Notes under the pieces: model-generated
Seen by the model: the letters and a program-made list of their open reading frames with translations, nothing else
Database searches by the model: none
What the model was told of the DNA's origin: nothing
Shown here: positions 39,842 to 50,806 of the stretch, piece by piece
Numbering within the stretch: the first letter of the stretch is position 1
Layout: each line of letters opens with the position of its first letter
Origin: Alkalispirochaeta sp.
GTDB taxonomy: Bacteria; Spirochaetota; Spirochaetia; DSM-27196; Alkalispirochaetaceae
Assembly (NCBI GenBank): GCA_965242725.1
Contig: CBDESZ010000023.1
Location: 1-64,000 of the forward strand
DNA: 64,000 nt
Direction: 5' to 3'
Made by a program: the position numbers and the translations under genes

Positions 39842-40330
39842 GTGATTTCACTCGTTTATCATCCCGACGATCGGCTGCAGACAAAGGTGGACCCTGTCAC
39901 AAACATTTCGGCCGAGACCGTCCGTATCACATCGGAAATGCTGCAGACAATGCACGAAGCGAAGGGCATCGGATTGGCAGGCCCCCAGGTGGGTCTCATG
40001 GAACGACTCTTTGTCGTACACGTGCCGGACGACGCACCACGGGTATTTATAAACCCCCGGCTTGTTGCGGTATCCCCCGACCAGGGTCCATATGAAGAGG
40101 GGTGCCTGAGCATCCCCGGGGTTTACGCCGACGTGAAGCGTCCGCTGGAAGTCTCGGTGGAAGCCTACGATCAGCAGGGGCGCTTCTTTACTCTCGATGC
40201 CGACGGCGTTCTGGCCAGGGTCATTCAGCACGAGTATGACCACCTTGAGGGCGTACTTTTCTTTGAGTACCTGTCAAAGAGGAAGCAGGAACGGCTGCTG
40301 AAGTACTACCGAAAGCCGGGGGAGGGTTGA
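39842..40330 (+). CDS. def: Peptide deformylase
   Basis: GIGLAGPQVG, EGCLS, QHEYDH. Confidence 0.96.
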   Translation: MISLVYHPDDRLQTKVDPVTNISAETVRITSEMLQTMHEAKGIGLAGPQVGLMERLFVVHVPDDAPRVFINPRLVAVSPDQGPYEEGCLSIPGVYADVKRPLEVSVEAYDQQGRFFTLDADGVLARVIQHEYDHLEGVLFFEYLSKRKQERLLKYYRKPGEG

Positions 40331-41313
40331 CGCCTTTGGGTGATTCTCCAGCCCCCCTTCGCATTCTCTTTGCGGGAACTCCTGAAATCGCTCTATTTTC
40401 CCTCGACCGACTCATCGAGCAGAGTGGAAGAGAGTACGTTATCGCCGGCGTCCTGACCAACCCCGACAGACCGGCGGGGCGGCGGCGGACGCCCGTACCG
40501 CCTCCGGTAAAGGTACGCGCCCGGGAAGGCGGGCTCCATGTGCTGCAGCCGGAAACACTCGGCAGTGAAGCCCGGGAAGAGGTCCGGAAACTGAAGCCCG
40601 ATCTTCTCGTATCGGTGGCGTACGGCAGGATATTCGGTCCCCGCTTTATGGAGCTCTTTCCCCGTGGGGGCATCAACCTGCACCCGTCGCTTCTACCCCG
40701 CTTCCGTGGACCAAGCCCGCTGCAGGCGGCCATACTCGCGGGAGACACTGAAACGGGGGTGACCATACAGAAAATCGCACCGGAACTCGACTCGGGAGCG
40801 ATACTGGCGCAGGAGCGCGTTTCAATAGACCGTTCCACAACCGTTGAAGATCTGCACGACCGGCTGGGCGCGCTCGGCGCCGCGCTTCTCGTGGACGTGG
40901 TGCGCCGCTACGCAGCGGGAACGGCGGAAGCCCGTGAACAGGACCATCAGGCGGCCACGTTCTGCGGAAAAATCTCAAAAGAGGACGGCCGCATCGGCTG
41001 GAATGAGACGGCGGAGGAGCTTGACCGAATGGTCAGGGCCTTTACACCATGGCCCGGCGTCAGATGTGCCTGGGGTGCATCGACACTGCATATCACCGCG
41101 GCCTCCGTGGTTGCGGAAGACGGCGATGAAAGCACCGGTTCCGCCTCCCCCCCGGGTACAGTGGTCGGTGTAGACAACCGCCGTGGAATTTTGATACAAA
41201 CCGTGGATGGTCTCCTTGCCGTACGCCGACTCAAACAGGAAGCACGTAAGGAATTAGACTTTTTGTCGTTTCTGAACGGCAATCAGGACTTTGTCGGAAC
41301 GGTCCTGAAATAG
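40327..41313 (+). CDS. fmt: Methionyl-tRNA formyltransferase
   Basis: FAGTPE, INLHPSLLPRFRGPSP, LDSG. Confidence 0.95.
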   Translation: MTPLGDSPAPLRILFAGTPEIALFSLDRLIEQSGREYVIAGVLTNPDRPAGRRRTPVPPPVKVRAREGGLHVLQPETLGSEAREEVRKLKPDLLVSVAYGRIFGPRFMELFPRGGINLHPSLLPRFRGPSPLQAAILAGDTETGVTIQKIAPELDSGAILAQERVSIDRSTTVEDLHDRLGALGAALLVDVVRRYAAGTAEAREQDHQAATFCGKISKEDGRIGWNETAEELDRMVRAFTPWPGVRCAWGASTLHITAASVVAEDGDESTGSASPPGTVVGVDNRRGILIQTVDGLLAVRRLKQEARKELDFLSFLNGNQDFVGTVLK

Positions 41314-41322
41314 GCGAAAAAA

Positions 41323-42357
41323 ATGATCAGGCGACTCATTTTCGGAAAGAAAAAAGAAAAACAAGAGCTCACCCCGGACCGTCGGTATTTCCGTATCACC
41401 ATTTGGGCGTTTCTTGCGTTGACGGTGATTCTCGGTCTCTCCGCGCTGACGAGCTTTCTCCTTACATTGCGCGGTCCCGCTCAGACTCAGGTGCCTGATA
41501 CCGTGAACGACGATATCGTGAGTGCCCTCATCGAGCTGCAGGAACGGGACCTCTATCCGCAGGTGCAGGTCCGGTATCACTCCGATCCGACGTTGAAGGG
41601 GCACGTCATCGGGCAGACTCCCGAGGCGGGCAGTGTCGTTCGCGCGGGTCGACGGGTGACGCTCATCGTCAGTCAGGGCGCCGTCATTGAAGAGATCGCG
41701 GACTACCGCGGACGCCTCCTGCAGGAAGTTCAGTCCGAAATTCAGGCACTTGGCGTCGGCGGCGCGGAACTGTTGCGCATTGAAGGCGTCAGTTACGTCT
41801 TTGACGACGCCGACGTCGGTACCGTTATCGAGCAGTCTCCGGCACCGGGCACTGAAATTACCGGGACCACACCCGTCCAGCTGGTGGTAAGCCGTGGACC
41901 GGACATTGAAAAGATATCCCTACCCACCTTTCAGGGGCTCCACTGGGAAGATGCCCTGAAGATCCTTGCCCGTGATAACATTCCGTTCGTGTTTCGCGTA
42001 CAGGAACAACCAACGATCGGACAGGAAGGGGTCGTCGTCGCCCAGGAGCCGGAAGCAGGTACCCAGGTGGTTCCGGATACACCGATCCACTTGACGATCC
42101 GAAGTGTCCGGGATGTGGAAGAGGGAATGCAGTTCGGCATATTCGACCGAACGCTGCCGGAGTACGCCGTCTCGGTAGAGCTCTCGGCGATCGCCGTCGG
42201 GCCCGAGGGCGAGAGCACCCCGCTCTTTCACATGATACACCCAGGCGGTAGGGTGGCATTCCCATATCGATTGAGCATCGGAACGACCATTGTGCTCTAT
42301 CGATACGACACGGAAGTGATACGGTACTTCGTACGGGATACCGAAACGGAAGACTGA
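41323..42357 (+). CDS. Membrane-anchored PASTA domain protein
   Basis: One TM plus three PASTA-like repeats (VPD...VIGQTPEAG..V.L.VSQG). Confidence 0.85.
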   Translation: MIRRLIFGKKKEKQELTPDRRYFRITIWAFLALTVILGLSALTSFLLTLRGPAQTQVPDTVNDDIVSALIELQERDLYPQVQVRYHSDPTLKGHVIGQTPEAGSVVRAGRRVTLIVSQGAVIEEIADYRGRLLQEVQSEIQALGVGGAELLRIEGVSYVFDDADVGTVIEQSPAPGTEITGTTPVQLVVSRGPDIEKISLPTFQGLHWEDALKILARDNIPFVFRVQEQPTIGQEGVVVAQEPEAGTQVVPDTPIHLTIRSVRDVEEGMQFGIFDRTLPEYAVSVELSAIAVGPEGESTPLFHMIHPGGRVAFPYRLSIGTTIVLYRYDTEVIRYFVRDTETED

Positions 42358-42422
42358 GGCGATGGTCCTGATACCGCACACAACATCCTATTTATGAAGC
42401 GCAAACAGGGGAGGAGGATACT

Positions 42423-45400
42423 TTGTATAAACCCGTAGATTCGAAGGTGAACTTTCCGGAAATGGAAGAACAAATTCTCGCATACTGGGAGAATGAGCGC
42501 ATCTTCGAGCGTTCTGTGGAACAACGCAGCGAGGGTGATCAGTTTGTATTCTACGACGGCCCTCCCTTCGCCACGGGATTACCCCATTTCGGCCATTTTG
42601 TGCCCGGTACGATCAAGGACATCATTCCCCGATATCAGACGATGAAGGGGAAACGGGTGGAACGCCGTTTCGGATGGGACTGCCACGGCCTGCCTGTGGA
42701 ATATGAGATGGAAAAAGAGCTGGGAATTTCCGGTGCCGGCGAAATCGAAGCGTACGGAGTGGCAAAGTTCAACGACGCCTGCCGGGGGATTGTGCTGCGC
42801 TACACCGCTGAATGGCGGCAGATCGTCACACGTATGGGTAGATGGGTCGATTTTGACAACGACTACCGCACAATGGAACCGGAATATATGGAGACGATCT
42901 GGTGGGTCTTCAAGCGGCTCTGGGAAAAGGGGTTGATCTATGAGGGTCATTACATCCTTCCCTACAGTCCCGCCCTGGCGACGCCGCTTTCCAATTTCGA
43001 AGTCAATCTGGGGGGCTACCACGACGTCGATGATCCGGCGATCACCGTGCGTTTTGAACTGGTTGATCAGCCGGGTACCTACATTCTCGCGTGGACGACG
43101 ACGCCCTGGACGCTTCCGAGTAACCTCGCCCTTGCAGCGGGGGAGGAAATCTCCTACGTCAAGGTGCGGGACGGAGAGGCACACTACATTCTCGCCGAAA
43201 GTCGGCTTGACCACTACTACCGGGACGAGTCCGAGTATACAGTCATCGAACGCCTCACCGGCGCCGACCTGAAAGGGCTGAAATACCGCCCCATCTTTCC
43301 CTATTTTGAGGAACTGGCGGGACAGGGCGCGTTCACGGTGCACCTGGGCGATTTTGTCACCACCGAGGACGGTACGGGAGTCGTCCATATCGCCCCGGGA
43401 TTCGGTGAGGATGACTACAACCTGCTCTCCGACTCGGGACTTCCCGTCATTGTTCCCATCGACAAGGAAGCGCGTTTTACCGCAGAGGTTCCCGACTTTG
43501 AGGGCCAGCAGGTCAAGGACGCGGACAAGAACATCATAGCCTATCTCAAGGACCGGGGTATCCTCGTCAAGAGGGAGACCTATCGTCACCCCTATCCATT
43601 CTGTTACCGCACCAAGAAACCGCTGATTTACCGCGCCGTGGCGTCCTGGTTTGTGGACATCGGCAAGGTGAAGACGAGCATGCTGAATGCCAACGATCGC
43701 ATCCGATGGGTGCCGGGGCATCTTCAGAAAGGACGCTTCGGAAAGTGGCTCGAAGGCGCAAGGGACTGGGCGATAAGCAGAAACCGCTACTGGGGCAATC
43801 CGATACCCGTCTGGAAGTGCGACGGCAGCGACCACGTGGAAGTGATCGGCAGCCGTGAAGAGCTGCAGAAGAAGTCCGGTGTATGGGTGGAAGATCTCCA
43901 CAAGCAGTACGTCGATGAGATCACCTGGCCGAGCCCCGACGGCAAGGGAACGATGCGGCGCATACCGGAAGTCCTGGACTGCTGGTTTGAATCGGGGGCA
44001 ATGCCCTACGCCCAGAACCACTATCCTTTTGACAACAAAGAGTACTTCGAGGCCAACTTCCCCGCAGACTTCATCTGTGAAGGACTCGATCAGACACGGG
44101 GATGGTTTTACACGCTCACCGTCCTGGCGGCGGCGCTCTTTGACGCACCGGCCTTTGAAAACGTCGTGGTGAACGGACTCGTTCTCGCCGAAGACGGCAA
44201 AAAGATGTCCAAGAGCGACAGGAACTACACCGATCCCAAGGATATCATCAATCAGTTTGGCGCCGATGCCCTTCGCCTCTTCCTGATGAACTCCGCCGTC
44301 GTAAAGGCGGAGGATCTGAAGTACTCCGACGAAGGCGTCCGGGAGATCCTCAAGACGGTCATTATCCCCTACTGGAACGCCTACACCTTTTTTGTTACCT
44401 ACGCGAATATCGACGGCGTGCAGCCCACCGGCGCTCCCGACAATCCCGACAACCCCCTCGACCGGTGGGTGCTCTCGGAAGCGGAAAAGCTGATCGAAGA
44501 GGTGACGGAACAGCTGGATGCATACGATCTGCAGAAGGCGATCGATCCGATCGTCACGTTCATCGACTCCCTCAATAACTGGTACATCCGGCGCAGCCGC
44601 CGCCGGTTCTGGAAGAGTGAGAACGACGGTGACAAGGAACAGGCGTATCAGACGCTCTACTCCGTGCTCATGACGCTGACGAAGGTGGCGGCGCCGATCG
44701 TCCCCTTCATTACCGAGGAAATCTATCTCAACCTCAAGAGGAATGCCGATATCGACTCGGTCCATTTGTGCGACTATCCCGTGGCCGATCAGCGTAGACG
44801 TGACAGGGAGCTGGAACGAAAGATGGCAACGACGCGGCAGGCGGTAAGCCTGGGGCGGGCGCTGCGGACGATGCACAACCTGAAAATACGCCAGCCCCTT
44901 TCGGCGATGCATCTGGTCACCCGCGACGACGAGGCCAAACGGATTCTCCGGGAGATGGAGGATATCATCAGGGAAGAGCTCAACGTGAAAGAGGTGGTTT
45001 TCCGGGAGAACGAGGAAGAACTGGTTGAATATTCCGCCAAGGCAAATTTCCGTGCCCTGGGTCCCCTTCTCGGGAAGAGGATGCGGAACGCGGCGGCCCT
45101 CATCGAGGGATTCCACGGCGATGAAATTCAGCAGCTCCTCGACGGAAGCACCCTGAGCATCGACGTGGACGGCGAGCCGGTGGAAATCACAATCGATCAC
45201 GTCATCGTCCGGCGCCAGGAAAAGGAAGAACTGAAAGTTCTCAACGAAGGCTCTCTGACGGTGGCGCTGGATCCGACGATAACGGAGGAACTGAAGCAGG
45301 AAGGACTCGTCCGGGACCTGATTCGGGCCGTCCAGAACCTGCGCAAAGAGCGGGGACTGGATGTGACTGATCGAATCAAACTGGGTGTCGCAGGCGACGA

Positions 45401-45545
45401 CGTCGTCATCGACGCGGCCCGTAACTTTGACGAGTACCTCTGCGGGGAGACGCTGACGGATGAACTTGTATGGAACGTCTCCGACGACGCTGCGGAGGTC
45501 GAACTCGGCGAAAACCGGGTGCTTCTCTCAGTCGCAAAGAAATAG
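42423..45545 (+). CDS. ileS: Isoleucyl-tRNA synthetase, type 2 (eukaryote-like)
   Basis: DGPPFATGLPHFGH, GWDCHG, WTTTPWT, EGLDQTRGWF, KMSKS; SD GGAGGAGG before TTG. Confidence 0.96.
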   Translation: MYKPVDSKVNFPEMEEQILAYWENERIFERSVEQRSEGDQFVFYDGPPFATGLPHFGHFVPGTIKDIIPRYQTMKGKRVERRFGWDCHGLPVEYEMEKELGISGAGEIEAYGVAKFNDACRGIVLRYTAEWRQIVTRMGRWVDFDNDYRTMEPEYMETIWWVFKRLWEKGLIYEGHYILPYSPALATPLSNFEVNLGGYHDVDDPAITVRFELVDQPGTYILAWTTTPWTLPSNLALAAGEEISYVKVRDGEAHYILAESRLDHYYRDESEYTVIERLTGADLKGLKYRPIFPYFEELAGQGAFTVHLGDFVTTEDGTGVVHIAPGFGEDDYNLLSDSGLPVIVPIDKEARFTAEVPDFEGQQVKDADKNIIAYLKDRGILVKRETYRHPYPFCYRTKKPLIYRAVASWFVDIGKVKTSMLNANDRIRWVPGHLQKGRFGKWLEGARDWAISRNRYWGNPIPVWKCDGSDHVEVIGSREELQKKSGVWVEDLHKQYVDEITWPSPDGKGTMRRIPEVLDCWFESGAMPYAQNHYPFDNKEYFEANFPADFICEGLDQTRGWFYTLTVLAAALFDAPAFENVVVNGLVLAEDGKKMSKSDRNYTDPKDIINQFGADALRLFLMNSAVVKAEDLKYSDEGVREILKTVIIPYWNAYTFFVTYANIDGVQPTGAPDNPDNPLDRWVLSEAEKLIEEVTEQLDAYDLQKAIDPIVTFIDSLNNWYIRRSRRRFWKSENDGDKEQAYQTLYSVLMTLTKVAAPIVPFITEEIYLNLKRNADIDSVHLCDYPVADQRRRDRELERKMATTRQAVSLGRALRTMHNLKIRQPLSAMHLVTRDDEAKRILREMEDIIREELNVKEVVFRENEEELVEYSAKANFRALGPLLGKRMRNAAALIEGFHGDEIQQLLDGSTLSIDVDGEPVEITIDHVIVRRQEKEELKVLNEGSLTVALDPTITEELKQEGLVRDLIRAVQNLRKERGLDVTDRIKLGVAGDDVVIDAARNFDEYLCGETLTDELVWNVSDDAAEVELGENRVLLSVAKK

Positions 45546-46404
45546 CGTCGTCCCGTTCCGCGTTGCCGTCATCGTTGTGATGGCGGCGGCAACCCTCTGG
45601 GGGTGTACAACGCCGCCGAAGGGAGTTGCCCCTTCGGAGCGGGAGGGCGGCGATTTTTTCTCCACCGAAGACCGCCGGTTTCTCGAAACCGTCACCACCC
45701 TTGGTGTCGGCGGTGAAGGGGAGCTCTTTTTCACATTCGACCGGTGGGCCGAAGGGCGGTCGCGACTGGAGCGTCTCGTTCCCGAGGCGTCAACGTCAAT
45801 GCAGAAGGTACGTCGCCTGTGGGCGGGTATTTCACCGGACCGCACCGTTGTCGTTCTTCATGTGGATGCGTCACGGTTCCTTTCAAGTATCGCCTTGAAT
45901 TCCCGCGGATGGGACCGCATCGACTGGGGTCTCTGGCGCAACCCGCGCACCGGAACGACCGTGTCTTTTCTACCGGATCGCCTCTGGCTCGTCACGGCGG
46001 GCGCCTCCGTGTCGACACGGGAGGAGCTTCCCCGGCTGCCGGTCCTTATTGACGAGTTTTCCCTGGAAGGCGCCGATCGGGAGGAGCGGCGGCCTGCCGT
46101 CGGTATCGGGTATTTCCCGGTATTCCCCATTGAAGGAATCCCCCAACAGATCACGCCCCATGAGTTCCGCTTTCTCATCTTTCAGAACGAGTCGGTGGTG
46201 ATGAGACTCTCCTTCAGGGACGAGTTTCTCGCGCGCATCGCCCTCGTTCCGCTTCGGCTGCGGGGAGCGGTGCTTGCGGAAGCGTTGGGCTTTGTCATAG
46301 ACGACGATTTTGATATCCTGCGGGAGGGTTCAACGATTACCATGGGCGGCGTCTCCCTGGGAGACGTATCGGATTTGCTTCGCCTCGCCCCGGTGACGTT
46401 TTGA
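45460..46404 (+). CDS. Hypothetical lipoprotein (start uncertain, likely after 45545)
   Basis: Hydrophobic stretch and lipobox LWGC; fills the gap between ileS and hisH. Confidence 0.55.
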   Translation: MNLYGTSPTTLRRSNSAKTGCFSQSQRNSVVPFRVAVIVVMAAATLWGCTTPPKGVAPSEREGGDFFSTEDRRFLETVTTLGVGGEGELFFTFDRWAEGRSRLERLVPEASTSMQKVRRLWAGISPDRTVVVLHVDASRFLSSIALNSRGWDRIDWGLWRNPRTGTTVSFLPDRLWLVTAGASVSTREELPRLPVLIDEFSLEGADREERRPAVGIGYFPVFPIEGIPQQITPHEFRFLIFQNESVVMRLSFRDEFLARIALVPLRLRGAVLAEALGFVIDDDFDILREGSTITMGGVSLGDVSDLLRLAPVTF

Positions 46405-46421
46405 CCCGTTAAGGAGGGCGT

Positions 46422-47030
46422 ATGCTTACGGTTATCGATTACGACGCCGGTAACTTACGAAGTGTCGAGACGACACTGCGCTATCTTGGAGCCGATTTTG
46501 TCGTAACCGGCGACCCCGACGTCGTGTCACGGTCCGGAAGAATCATATTCCCCGGTGTCGGCGATGCCGGCGCCGCAATGCAGCGATTGGACAGATCGGG
46601 ACTGTCGGAGGCAATTCAGCGCCGCGTCGCGGAAGGCGTTCCGCTCCTTGGAATCTGTCTCGGTTCCCAGATCATTCTTGAAAGCTCAGAGGAAAGCGCT
46701 GCACCCTGCCTCGGAATTCTCGACGGGAAGACCGTCGCATTCGACGGGCGGCCCGGACGCAAAGTGCCCCATATGGGATGGAATACGATCTCCGTAACCC
46801 GGAACCACGCCATTTTTACCGGTATCCCCGATGAGGCGGCGTTTTATTTCGTCCACTCCTACTATCCGCGGCCCGCTGCCAACGACGATATTCTCGCCAC
46901 GACGGAGTATGGAGAGATCTTTCCCTCCGCGATCGGACGTGAAAATGTGGTGGCAACCCAGTTTCATCCCGAAAAAAGCGGCGAGTTCGGCCTCAAAATG
47001 GTACAGAACTTTCTTGAGTGGAAAGGATAA
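46422..47030 (+). CDS. hisH: Imidazole glycerol phosphate synthase glutaminase subunit
   Basis: GNLRSV, PGVG, GICLG, PHMGWN, QFHPEKS. Confidence 0.95.
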   Translation: MLTVIDYDAGNLRSVETTLRYLGADFVVTGDPDVVSRSGRIIFPGVGDAGAAMQRLDRSGLSEAIQRRVAEGVPLLGICLGSQIILESSEESAAPCLGILDGKTVAFDGRPGRKVPHMGWNTISVTRNHAIFTGIPDEAAFYFVHSYYPRPAANDDILATTEYGEIFPSAIGRENVVATQFHPEKSGEFGLKMVQNFLEWKG

Positions 47031-47033
47031 TCG

Positions 47034-47807
47034 ATGTTTTATAAGCGAATAATCGTATGCCTTGATGTCAGGGACGGTATGGTTACGAAAGGTGTCCGGT
47101 TCAAGGGCAATGTTGACATCGGGGACCCGGTGACCATGGCACGACAGTATTACGAGGACGGCGTGGACGAGCTCGTTTTCTACGACATTACCGCCAGTGC
47201 GGAAAAGCGGAGCATCATGATCGATGTGGTGGAAAAGGTCGCCTCCCAGATCTTTGTACCATTTTCAGTGGGCGGAGGAATCAGCAGCGTCGACGATATG
47301 CGGGCGGTACTGCTGGCTGGTGCGGAAAAGGTGAGCGTCAACAGCCAGGCGGTGAAAAATCCCGCAATTATCGATGAGGGAGCGTCGAGGTTCGGCCGTC
47401 AGTGTATCGTGCTGGGCATGGATGCACTGCGTGACGAAACGTCGGCGTCGGGGTATCGGGTATACATAAACGGCGGTCGTACCCCAACGGAACTGGATGC
47501 ACTCGAGTGGGCCCGTGAAGCGGTGAAACGTGGCGCCGGCGAAATCGTTGTAAACAGTATTGACGCGGACGGGACGAAAGACGGATATGAATGCACGCTG
47601 ACGGCGCTGCTGTCGGACGAAGTCTCCGTTCCGGTGGTAGCCTCCGGCGGTGCGGGTATACCCGACCATATCTATGATGTGTTTTCCGCCGGGCACGCTG
47701 ACGCCGCGCTCGTAGCGAGCATGGTCCATTACGGTGACTACTCGGTATCGTCGATTAAGGAGCAGCTGGCAGACAGGGGCGTACCCGTGAGAACGCGCTT
47801 CCGGTAG
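47034..47807 (+). CDS. hisF: Imidazole glycerol phosphate synthase cyclase subunit
   Basis: [35 protein letters not shown]. Confidence 0.95.
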   Translation: MFYKRIIVCLDVRDGMVTKGVRFKGNVDIGDPVTMARQYYEDGVDELVFYDITASAEKRSIMIDVVEKVASQIFVPFSVGGGISSVDDMRAVLLAGAEKVSVNSQAVKNPAIIDEGASRFGRQCIVLGMDALRDETSASGYRVYINGGRTPTELDALEWAREAVKRGAGEIVVNSIDADGTKDGYECTLTALLSDEVSVPVVASGGAGIPDHIYDVFSAGHADAALVASMVHYGDYSVSSIKEQLADRGVPVRTRFR

Positions 47808-47892
47808 TCTCCCGATCACACGGCTGAGAGGGACTCTTGCCTTAAAGCCTTTCGTTATATATATTTCCTTCGAATATAAGGAGCGAACCGAA

Positions 47893-48192
47893 ATGCCAAC
47901 GTACGATTACGAATGTGATGCCTGTGGGCATCGGTTTGAAGCGTTTCAATCAATGATGGATGATGCCCTGACGGTATGCCCCGAGTGCAGCGAGAAGATG
48001 CTGCGCCGTCTGATCACCGGTGGTACCGGCGTGATTTTTCGGGGAAGCGGCTTTTACGTGAATGACAGCAAAAAGGGTGGAAGCAGCTCTTCAAGTCCCA
48101 AAAAGGAACAGAAGGAACAGAAGGAACAATCATCAACGACCGATTCCGGAAGTTCGAAAGATACTAAAAACAGCGAGAAGAAGACGGCCTAA
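47893..48192 (+). CDS. FmdB-family zinc-ribbon protein
   Basis: MPTYDYECDACG...CPEC...FRGSGFYVND plus S/K/E-rich tail. Confidence 0.9.
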   Translation: MPTYDYECDACGHRFEAFQSMMDDALTVCPECSEKMLRRLITGGTGVIFRGSGFYVNDSKKGGSSSSSPKKEQKEQKEQSSTTDSGSSKDTKNSEKKTA

Positions 48193-48247
48193 CATTTTGT
48201 AACGACTATATATTGAATTTATATTTGCAATATGATACTTTGAATAT

Positions 48248-48604
48248 ATGGAAATTGCGCCGTACAACAGCGAAGACCCGAGTTGCTGCTCCGAGGAGTA
48301 CCTTGAGCAGTGTGCCCAGAAACTGAAAGTGTGTGGGCATCCAATGAGACTCCGCCTCTTATGCCGTATTGCCCGGGAAGAAGAGCCCTGTGTATCCGAC
48401 CTGTGGAGTTGTCTCGATCAGCCGCAACCGGTCATTTCACAGCATCTTGCGGTGTTGAAGCAGAAAAACATCGTATCCAGCGAGGTGCGGGGAAATCGTC
48501 GCGTCTATTCCATCGTTGATCCGTTTATCCAGGAAATTGTCGGATCTCTCATCAACGTACCGGTTCAGGCGTCGGAAGAGACGGTCGCGGAGGGAGCATC
48601 CTGA
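48248..48604 (+). CDS. ArsR/SmtB family regulator
   Basis: LKVCGHPMRLRLL...CVSDL...QPVISQHLAVLK; Cys-rich N-terminus. Confidence 0.88.
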   Translation: MEIAPYNSEDPSCCSEEYLEQCAQKLKVCGHPMRLRLLCRIAREEEPCVSDLWSCLDQPQPVISQHLAVLKQKNIVSSEVRGNRRVYSIVDPFIQEIVGSLINVPVQASEETVAEGAS

Positions 48605-48667
48605 TATTCCCGGGGAAGCAACGAATCCCTCTCGTTCCGGTAGGCGCCGGTGGGCGTTGCCGGTACA

Positions 48668-49744
48668 ATGGCGCACATGTCTCGGGAAGAGCTGATTTAC
48701 ATACCGTTGGGAAACAGTGCGACAACCGTATATTTCACCGAGGTGGAAGATCTCGCACAACCTCCTGCGAACGCCGATAACGCCGCCCTCGGCGGCAATG
48801 CCTCAGACGTCCTTATCTGTGACGCCAATACCGCACAAATAGATATTCCCTTCCCCCGGGATATGCGCCGAATCGTCGTGCCGCCGGGGGAGCGATGCAA
48901 GCAGGCCGACGTTCTTCTCTCCGTTATCGAAGGGCTGGTGGATTCCGGCCTCACCCGGGAAAGTACCGTGTATGCTCTCGGCGGCGGCGCACTCACCGAC
49001 CTCGCGGCATTTGCCGCCAGTATTTACCTGAGGGGCGTCTCCTGTGTCCTTCTACCCACCACCCTTCTCGCAATGGTCGACGCCGCGGTGGGCGGCAAAA
49101 CGGGAATCGATTTCGGGGGATACAAGAATATGGCGGGAACCTTTGCCCCCGCACGGGAAGTACGAATCGCCCCGGTCGTCCTTGATACGCTTCCCCGCCG
49201 TGAGTACCTGAGCGGACTGGCGGAGGCGATCAAGGCCGGTTTTCTCGGCGACGGCGAGCTTGTCGCGTTTCTGGAAGACAACTCCCGCCGGGTCCTTGAT
49301 CGGGAGCCGGCGGCGGTGCGGGAAGTCATCGCCCGGGCGGTGAAGTTCAAGGCGGGAGTTGTGGAGACTGATTTCACCGAACAGGGGACGCGTGCGATTC
49401 TCAACCTCGGCCATACTTTCGGACACGCTCTGGAATCATCCCTTGGATTGGGCGAGTGGACTCACGGTGAGGCAGTTGCATGGGGAATCGCCCGGGCGAT
49501 GCGTGCCGGCGCCCATCTTGGTATTACCGATGCATCATGGGTGGAACGGGTCATCGCCCTTCTTGAACGGTACGGGTACGAAACGGGGCCGGCCCCCGTT
49601 GAACCCGGGAAAATTCTTGACGGTATGTACAGAGACAAGAAACGCAACAGCCGGGGGATAACCTTCGTCCTCCAGAGAGGTCCCCAGGATACGATGCTGC
49701 AGGTACTGGAACCTGAACAGATTCTCGATATACTTGTAATGTAA
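48668..49744 (+). CDS. aroB: 3-dehydroquinate synthase
   Basis: GGGALTD, PTTLLAMVDAAVGGKTG, LNLGHTFGHALE, HGEAVA. Confidence 0.93.
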   Translation: MAHMSREELIYIPLGNSATTVYFTEVEDLAQPPANADNAALGGNASDVLICDANTAQIDIPFPRDMRRIVVPPGERCKQADVLLSVIEGLVDSGLTRESTVYALGGGALTDLAAFAASIYLRGVSCVLLPTTLLAMVDAAVGGKTGIDFGGYKNMAGTFAPAREVRIAPVVLDTLPRREYLSGLAEAIKAGFLGDGELVAFLEDNSRRVLDREPAAVREVIARAVKFKAGVVETDFTEQGTRAILNLGHTFGHALESSLGLGEWTHGEAVAWGIARAMRAGAHLGITDASWVERVIALLERYGYETGPAPVEPGKILDGMYRDKKRNSRGITFVLQRGPQDTMLQVLEPEQILDILVM

Positions 49745-49765
49745 TTCCGAACGATGGAGGATCCG

Positions 49766-50782
49766 ATGAAACAACGGATATTGGTATTGGCCGTGGCGGC
49801 TATGGTATTCCTGCCGTTTGCGGGCATTGCGTCCCAGGAAGTGATTTTTTCAACGATGGATCGTTTTTCACCGGGCGATGCCGTCGCTGCGGACGGTTCA
49901 TTCCAGGATACCTACATGGTCCGCGTTGAAGCGGGGACCACCGTGGAGGTGGTTGTAAGAAGCGACGACGTGGATACGTACATCGAAGCGATCATGCCGA
50001 ACGGCGAGCGCGTCACAAACGATGACTACGACGGATACCATGCGGGATTTCTGAGGATGATCACCACCACAGGGAGTCTGGAGTTCAGCGTGTCACCCCT
50101 CTTTGCCGGTGAGGAAGGGGAGTACCGCGTGACCGTGACGGAACTGGGAGCCGCCCAGGAGCTGGCACCGGGTGATACCATCGAGGGGAGCCTTGGAATG
50201 GGAAGCGGCGGAGGCTCCGTGGACCGGTATCAGCTCACCGGAAAAGCGGGACAGCGCGTTGTTATCGATCTGATGTCCGACGATTTCGACGCCTATTTGC
50301 GCGTCGTCGACGGTGACGGACGGGAGTTTTCCGACGATGACGGCGGATCCGACTATAACAGCAGATTGGGGTATACCTTCGGGAGCGACGGGCAGATTCA
50401 GATAATCGCGTCATCAATCGGCGGCAGCGAAGGGGGAGCGTACACTCTATCCGTGGCGATGAGTGCCGAGGAAATGGTCGCCCAGTATGAAGGTGATTTA
50501 CGCTTGGACGATACTCGCGGCTACGACGGTACCATTTACGATGTCTATGAATACGACGGAGAAATGGGCCGCCGGGCGAGTTTTCTCGTGGAATCCGAGG
50601 ATTTCGACTCGGTGGTCTATGTGAGCAATCCCGACGGCTCCAATCTTGGCCGTGACGACGATGGGGGCGGCGGAACCAACAGCCGGCTCGACGTGACGTT
50701 CCCTGAGACGGGGACCTATACGATCTACGTCGTCTCCTTTTTTGAGGGAACGGGATCGTATCGACTCATAATTTATCGGTAA
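49766..50782 (+). CDS. Exported protein with three PPC (pre-peptidase C-terminal)-like repeats
   Basis: Signal peptide; three repeats of D.Y....G...SDD.D.Y......DD..G. Confidence 0.75.
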   Translation: MKQRILVLAVAAMVFLPFAGIASQEVIFSTMDRFSPGDAVAADGSFQDTYMVRVEAGTTVEVVVRSDDVDTYIEAIMPNGERVTNDDYDGYHAGFLRMITTTGSLEFSVSPLFAGEEGEYRVTVTELGAAQELAPGDTIEGSLGMGSGGGSVDRYQLTGKAGQRVVIDLMSDDFDAYLRVVDGDGREFSDDDGGSDYNSRLGYTFGSDGQIQIIASSIGGSEGGAYTLSVAMSAEEMVAQYEGDLRLDDTRGYDGTIYDVYEYDGEMGRRASFLVESEDFDSVVYVSNPDGSNLGRDDDGGGGTNSRLDVTFPETGTYTIYVVSFFEGTGSYRLIIYR

Positions 50783-50806
50783 CCGTGCGACGTTGCCGGT
50801 GACGCG

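Noticed and set aside
42358..42422. Possible T-box leader before ileS
   Set aside because: Only 65 nt, with no T-box consensus or terminator
42579..45200. 873-aa antisense ORF
   Set aside because: Exact shadow of ileS on the opposite strand, expected from GC-rich codon bias; no recognisable motifs
46422..47807. Isolated hisH-hisF pair as a possible polysaccharide-modification (WbuYZ-like) module
   Set aside because: Canonical HisF motifs and no glycan-biosynthesis neighbours; scattered his genes are the simpler explanation
48103..48129. 9-bp repeat x3 encoding KEQ
   Set aside because: Low-complexity tail typical of FmdB-family proteins
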